Assembly (NCBI GenBank): GCA_965214705.1
Contig: OZ243972.1
Location: 1,408,001-1,472,000, forward strand
From: Alphaproteobacteria bacterium
Lineage (GTDB): Bacteria; Pseudomonadota; Alphaproteobacteria; UBA828
DNA length: 64,000 nt
Reading direction: 5' to 3'
A model generated the notes under the pieces. It was not told where the DNA came from and did not search any database. It saw nothing but the letters and a program-made list of their open reading frames with translations. Of this stretch, positions 59,997-64,000 are shown in pieces. Each line of letters begins with the position of its first letter. Positions within the stretch are counted from its first letter, which is position 1. A program made the position numbers and the translations under genes.

Positions 59997-60888
59997 CGAT
60001 GCCTGGCGTGAGCCAAGCCGCGCCGCGTAGGCCGCTCTCCGGCCCGTAGCGCGCGCGAACCAGCCGGGTGGCGGGCCGGGCCACGTTCGCGTGAGCGCCC
60101 CAGGCACCAGGCACCAGACGGTAAAGCGCGTCGATCTCCGAGAGGCCGCCGCCCAGCACGATCACGTCGGGGTCGAGCAGGTTGATAACGCTGGCGAGCG
60201 CCTGGGCCAGACGTTCGGCATAGCGGACGACGGTGTTCGCCGCGAGCGCCTCTCCCGCCGCCGCCCGCGCGCCGATCTCTGCGGCCGTGGTCTGGTCGCC
60301 CCCGAGCGCCGCATAGTCGCGCGCTAGCGCCGCACCGTTGAGCCAGGTCTCGACGCAGCCCTGGGCGAAGCGCCCGCAGGCGCAGGGCACGCCGGCATCC
60401 CCCGGCGTGGGCCAGGGGTTGTGGCCCCACTCGCCGGCGCTGGCGTTGGCGCCCACCAGGGCCTCGCCCCGCACCACCAGACCGCCGCCCACGCCGGTGC
60501 CGAGGATGACTCCGAACACCACCTCGGCCCCCGCACCGGCGCCGTCGGTGGCTTCGGAGAGGGCGAAGCAGTTGGCGTCGTTGGCGAGCGCCACCGGGCA
60601 GCCGAGCCGGGTCTCCAGGGCTTGGCGGAAGGGCCGCCCTTCGAGCCAGGGCAGGTTGACGATCATGCTGATCTCGCCGTCCCGCGTGATCACGCCGGGG
60701 AGGCTCACGCCCACGCCGGGTGCGTGCACGCCCGCGCTCGCGAGCTCCGCCACCATTTCGACCACCGCATCGACCACGCCGTCGAAGCTCCCCGGCACCG
60801 GCCGGCGCAGGCGCGCGCGCTCTGCCCCGCCGTCGTCGAGCCCGATGGCAGCGAGCTTGGTGCCGCCGATGTCGAAGCCGATGCGCAT
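59971..60888 (-). CDS. ROK family sugar kinase
   Basis: DIGGTK, NDANC, GTGVGGG, GEWGH, CACG...GCVE. Confidence 0.92.
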   Translation of the reverse strand: MRIGFDIGGTKLAAIGLDDGGAERARLRRPVPGSFDGVVDAVVEMVAELASAGVHAPGVGVSLPGVITRDGEISMIVNLPWLEGRPFRQALETRLGCPVALANDANCFALSEATDGAGAGAEVVFGVILGTGVGGGLVVRGEALVGANASAGEWGHNPWPTPGDAGVPCACGRFAQGCVETWLNGAALARDYAALGGDQTTAAEIGARAAAGEALAANTVVRYAERLAQALASVINLLDPDVIVLGGGLSEIDALYRLVPGAWGAHANVARPATRLVRARYGPESGLRGAAWLTPGIVSAVAGPS

Positions 60889-60894
60889 CGCTTT

Positions 60895-62046
60895 CTATCG
60901 AGCCTCCGGTGCGTCGCTGCGCTCCCCGCCGATCCAGGTGGCGCGGACGCCCAGCTTGTCGTCGAGCCAGACCAGATCGGCGCGGAGCCCCGGCGCGAGT
61001 CGCCCCCGGTTCTCGGCGAGCCCGAGGAAATCCGCCGGATAGGCGGCAGCCATGGCGAGTGCCTCTTCGAGCGGAATGCCGGCGTGGGCGACGCAGTTCC
61101 TCACCGCCTGCCCCATGTCGAGCAGCGAGCCCGCGAGCCTGCCGTCGGCCGTGCGCAGGCAGCCGTCCACCACACGCACGCGCTCGTCGCCCAGGCTGAA
61201 CTCATCGAGGGCGGGCGCGCCCGCCGGGGCCATCGCGTCGGTGACCAGAAACAACTTGCCGCAGGGTTTGGCGCGCCAGGCGAGGCGAACCACGTCCCAG
61301 TGCACGTGGATGCCGTCGGCGATGATGCTGCAGGCGAGGTGGTCGCGGGTGAGCGCAGCCCCGATGGCGCCCAACTCCCGGTGGCCGAGCGGGCCCATGG
61401 CGTTGAACAGGTGGGTCACGCCCGTCAGTTCTGGCGCCGCCATATCGAAGGTAACGGCGTCGGCCTCGGTGTGGCCGGCGGCGACGATGACACCGCGCGC
61501 TGTGAGTCTCCCGATATTGTTCGACTCCACACTTTCGGGCGCCAGCGTCACGAGGGTGCGGCCCGCGCCGAGTGAGGCGAGCAGGTCGATGTCATCGTCG
61601 CCCAACGGGCCGATTTCGCGCGCATCATGGGCCCCGCGCCGCGCCAGGTTGATGTGGGGACCTTCGAAGTGGATGCCGAGGACCCCCGGCATCCCCTGAT
61701 CGAGCGCCTCCCGCACCGCCTCAACCGCCCGCGCCATGTCGGCGCGCGGGCCGGAGATGAAGGTCGGCAGAAAACCCGTGGTGCCGAAGGCGCGGTGGGC
61801 ACGACCGATCGTCCCGATGGTCGCCGCCGTCGGCGCATCGTTGAACATCACGCCGCCACCGCCGTTGACCTGGACGTCGATGAAGCCGGCGGCGAGCGTG
61901 CCTCCCGCGAGCCGCGTGACTTGCGCTCCGGCGGGTATCGCGTCCTCCGCCACGATGTCGCGGATAACGCCGTCTGCGAACAGCAGGGCGCGGCCGGAGA
62001 GAATCCCCTCCGGCGTGTGCAGCCGGGCGCCGGCTAGGACTTCCAT
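60895..62046 (-). CDS. nagA: N-acetylglucosamine-6-phosphate deacetylase
   Basis: GFIDVQVNG, HFEGP, RGAH, TLAPE, THLFNAM, DGIHV, LAGS. Confidence 0.95.
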   Translation of the reverse strand: MEVLAGARLHTPEGILSGRALLFADGVIRDIVAEDAIPAGAQVTRLAGGTLAAGFIDVQVNGGGGVMFNDAPTAATIGTIGRAHRAFGTTGFLPTFISGPRADMARAVEAVREALDQGMPGVLGIHFEGPHINLARRGAHDAREIGPLGDDDIDLLASLGAGRTLVTLAPESVESNNIGRLTARGVIVAAGHTEADAVTFDMAAPELTGVTHLFNAMGPLGHRELGAIGAALTRDHLACSIIADGIHVHWDVVRLAWRAKPCGKLFLVTDAMAPAGAPALDEFSLGDERVRVVDGCLRTADGRLAGSLLDMGQAVRNCVAHAGIPLEEALAMAAAYPADFLGLAENRGRLAPGLRADLVWLDDKLGVRATWIGGERSDAPEAR

Positions 62047-62139
62047 CGTCGCCCTAGCGGCTCGCGCCGGGAAACGGGTTCGCCGGCGCGAGGCGGAATG
62101 TTAGTGTCGGTGCAAAGGTCACGAAACCGGGTGTAAGCC

Positions 62140-63132
62140 ATGCTGCGCGCTGCCTCAATCGGGATGGGCTGGTGGTCCGACGAGCTAGCGGACGCCGCAC
62201 AGGGTAAGTCGGACGTGATCCGCATCGTGACCTGCTTCACCCGGTCAAAAGAAAAGCGCGCGGCCTTCGCCGAAAAATACGGCACGGCCCAGCACGACTC
62301 CTACGAAGCGGTGCTTGCTGACGACGGCGTCGACGCGGTCATCCTGACCACGCCGCACTCGACCCATGCCGAGCAGGTGATCGCGGCGGCGGCGGCCGGC
62401 AAGCACGTCTTCTGCGAGAAGCCGTTCACGCTGACCCGCGCAAGCGCGCAGGCCGCTGTGGATGCGTGTGCCGAGGCGGGCGTGGTGCTCGCGATCGGTC
62501 AGAACCGGCGCTGGCACAGCGCGACCCGCGCGCTCAAACGCATGGTGGAGGGCGGTGACTTCGGCACGATCCTCCACGCCGAGGCGAATTTCTCCGTGCC
62601 GAGCGCCCTCAGCTACCCGCCGGAACTCTGGCGCTCCAACCGTGTCGAGAGCCCGGCCGGTTCGATCACCGGGCTCGGCATCCACATGATCGATGCGCTC
62701 GTCTATCTGCTGGGTCCCATCACGCGGGTGGCGGCGCAGGCCCACCGGCGCGCGGTGCCGGTAGATATCGACGACACGACCTCGGTGCTGTTCCTCTTCG
62801 AGTCGGGGGTCTCGGGTTACCTCGGCACGATGTTCGCCTGCCCCCACACCTCCTACATCAACGTCTACGGCACTGGCGGCAACGCCTTCGCCCAGATCGA
62901 TAACAGCCAGCTCATCCTCCAATCTGCGGACGGGGTCAGGCGGGAGGAGCCCATCCAGCCGAACGACACGCTCAGGCTGGAGCTCGACGAGTTCGCCGCC
63001 ACCTGCGCTGGCGAGGTCGAGTACACGGTGACGACCGAGGAGGCCGTGCACGGCATCGCCGTGATGGAAGCGCTGGTCGAGGCCACGACCACCGGCCAGT
63101 GGGTGGAGGTCGCTGGCGGGGGCGAGGCATGA
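62140..63132 (+). CDS. Gfo/Idh/MocA oxidoreductase
   Basis: IGMGWW, GKHVFCEKP, GIHMID. Confidence 0.9.
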   Translation: MLRAASIGMGWWSDELADAAQGKSDVIRIVTCFTRSKEKRAAFAEKYGTAQHDSYEAVLADDGVDAVILTTPHSTHAEQVIAAAAAGKHVFCEKPFTLTRASAQAAVDACAEAGVVLAIGQNRRWHSATRALKRMVEGGDFGTILHAEANFSVPSALSYPPELWRSNRVESPAGSITGLGIHMIDALVYLLGPITRVAAQAHRRAVPVDIDDTTSVLFLFESGVSGYLGTMFACPHTSYINVYGTGGNAFAQIDNSQLILQSADGVRREEPIQPNDTLRLELDEFAATCAGEVEYTVTTEEAVHGIAVMEALVEATTTGQWVEVAGGGEA

Positions 63133-64000
63133 GCGCGCGCCACACCTTCTTCTGCATCGACGGCCACACCTGCGGCAATCCCGTGCGTGTGGTGGCGGGC
63201 GGCGGGCCGACGCTCGCAGGTGCCACCATGAGCGAGCGGCGCCAGCACTTCCTCCGCGACCACGACTGGATCCGCCGGGCGCTCATGTTCGAGCCCCGCG
63301 GCCACGACCTGATGTCGGGCGCCGTGCTCTACCCGCCGCTCTCGCCCGACGCTGACATTGCGCTGCTCTTCGTCGAGACCTCCGGATGCTTGCCGATGTG
63401 CGGCCACGGCACCATCGGGACCGTGACCATCGCCTTGGAGCACGGCCTCGTCTCCCCCCGTAACGAGGGCACGTTGGTGCTGGACACGCCGGCGGGCCGG
63501 GTCGAAGCGCGCTACCGGCAGAACGGCGCGCGTGTCGAGGCCGTGCGCATCACCAACGTGCCGAGCTTCCTGGCGGAGACAGGTGTTGCCGTGGAATGCC
63601 CCGGCCTCGGCCCGCTCACGGTGGACATCGCCTACGGCGGCAACTTCTACGCGATCGTCGATCCACAGCCGGGCTATGCGGGGATGGAGGCGTTCTCGGC
63701 GGCCGAGCTGCTGGCGATGAGCCCTGGCCTGCGCGAGGCCTGCAACCGGGTGGTTGAATGCGTCCACCCCGATGACTCTTCCATCGCCGGCGTCAGCCAC
63801 GTGATGTGGACCGGCGCGCCGCAGGACCCCGGCGCTCACGGGCGGAACGCCGTCTTCTACGGCTCCGGCGCGCTCGATCGCTCCCCCTGCGGCACCGGCA
63901 GCTCCGCGCGCATGGCGCAGTGGGCGGCCACGGGAAAGCTGGCGCCCGGCGATGACTTCGTGCACGAGAGCATCATCGGCAGCCTGTTTCGCTGCCGTGT
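63129..64000 (+). CDS. 4-hydroxyproline epimerase / proline racemase family; runs off the right edge
   Basis: Manual translation: IDGHTCGNPVR, EPRGH, MCGHGT, YGGNFY, DRSPCGTG (both catalytic Cys); ATGA overlap with upstream gene. Confidence 0.93.
   Translation, partial: MSARHTFFCIDGHTCGNPVRVVAGGGPTLAGATMSERRQHFLRDHDWIRRALMFEPRGHDLMSGAVLYPPLSPDADIALLFVETSGCLPMCGHGTIGTVTIALEHGLVSPRNEGTLVLDTPAGRVEARYRQNGARVEAVRITNVPSFLAETGVAVECPGLGPLTVDIAYGGNFYAIVDPQPGYAGMEAFSAAELLAMSPGLREACNRVVECVHPDDSSIAGVSHVMWTGAPQDPGAHGRNAVFYGSGALDRSPCGTGSSARMAQWAATGKLAPGDDFVHESIIGSLFRCR

Overview
High-GC alphaproteobacterial DNA (Rhodospirillales-like; a host-associated lifestyle such as a sponge symbiont is inferred only from gene families). 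1-20 kb is core genome: a GDSL esterase running off the left edge, SDR, queG, cinA, pgpA, ispDF, tRNA-Thr, rlmB, then tRNA-Tyr, tRNA-Gly, tuf, tRNA-Trp, secE, nusG, rplKAJL and rpoBC, with no rpsL/str cluster after rpoC. 20-31 kb holds DUF3574, MlaC, a Rieske oxygenase, MaoC, a sugar-type ABC operon and a beta-propeller/S41/PCuAC cluster. About 31.4-48.1 kb is a decayed mobile island. It contains an integrase+IS91 element, an RHH/MobC-like gene, an SGNH-SxtJ-SxtK-carbamoyltransferase module with an in-frame C26 tract, an uncharacterised lower-GC gene pair (RNase-like toxin candidate plus degenerate ImmA/IrrE-like protein), an intact IS1595, an IS630 remnant, IHF-alpha and two tandem tyrosine integrases. 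Three MITEs with TIRs and target duplications lie inside the island and a fourth lies outside it. 48-64 kb is metabolic. The main oddities are a ~72-aa SH3b-like insertion inside RpoB, the candidate two-gene toxin/defence system and the possibly phase-variable carbamoylation module. All product calls come from motif recognition, not database searches.
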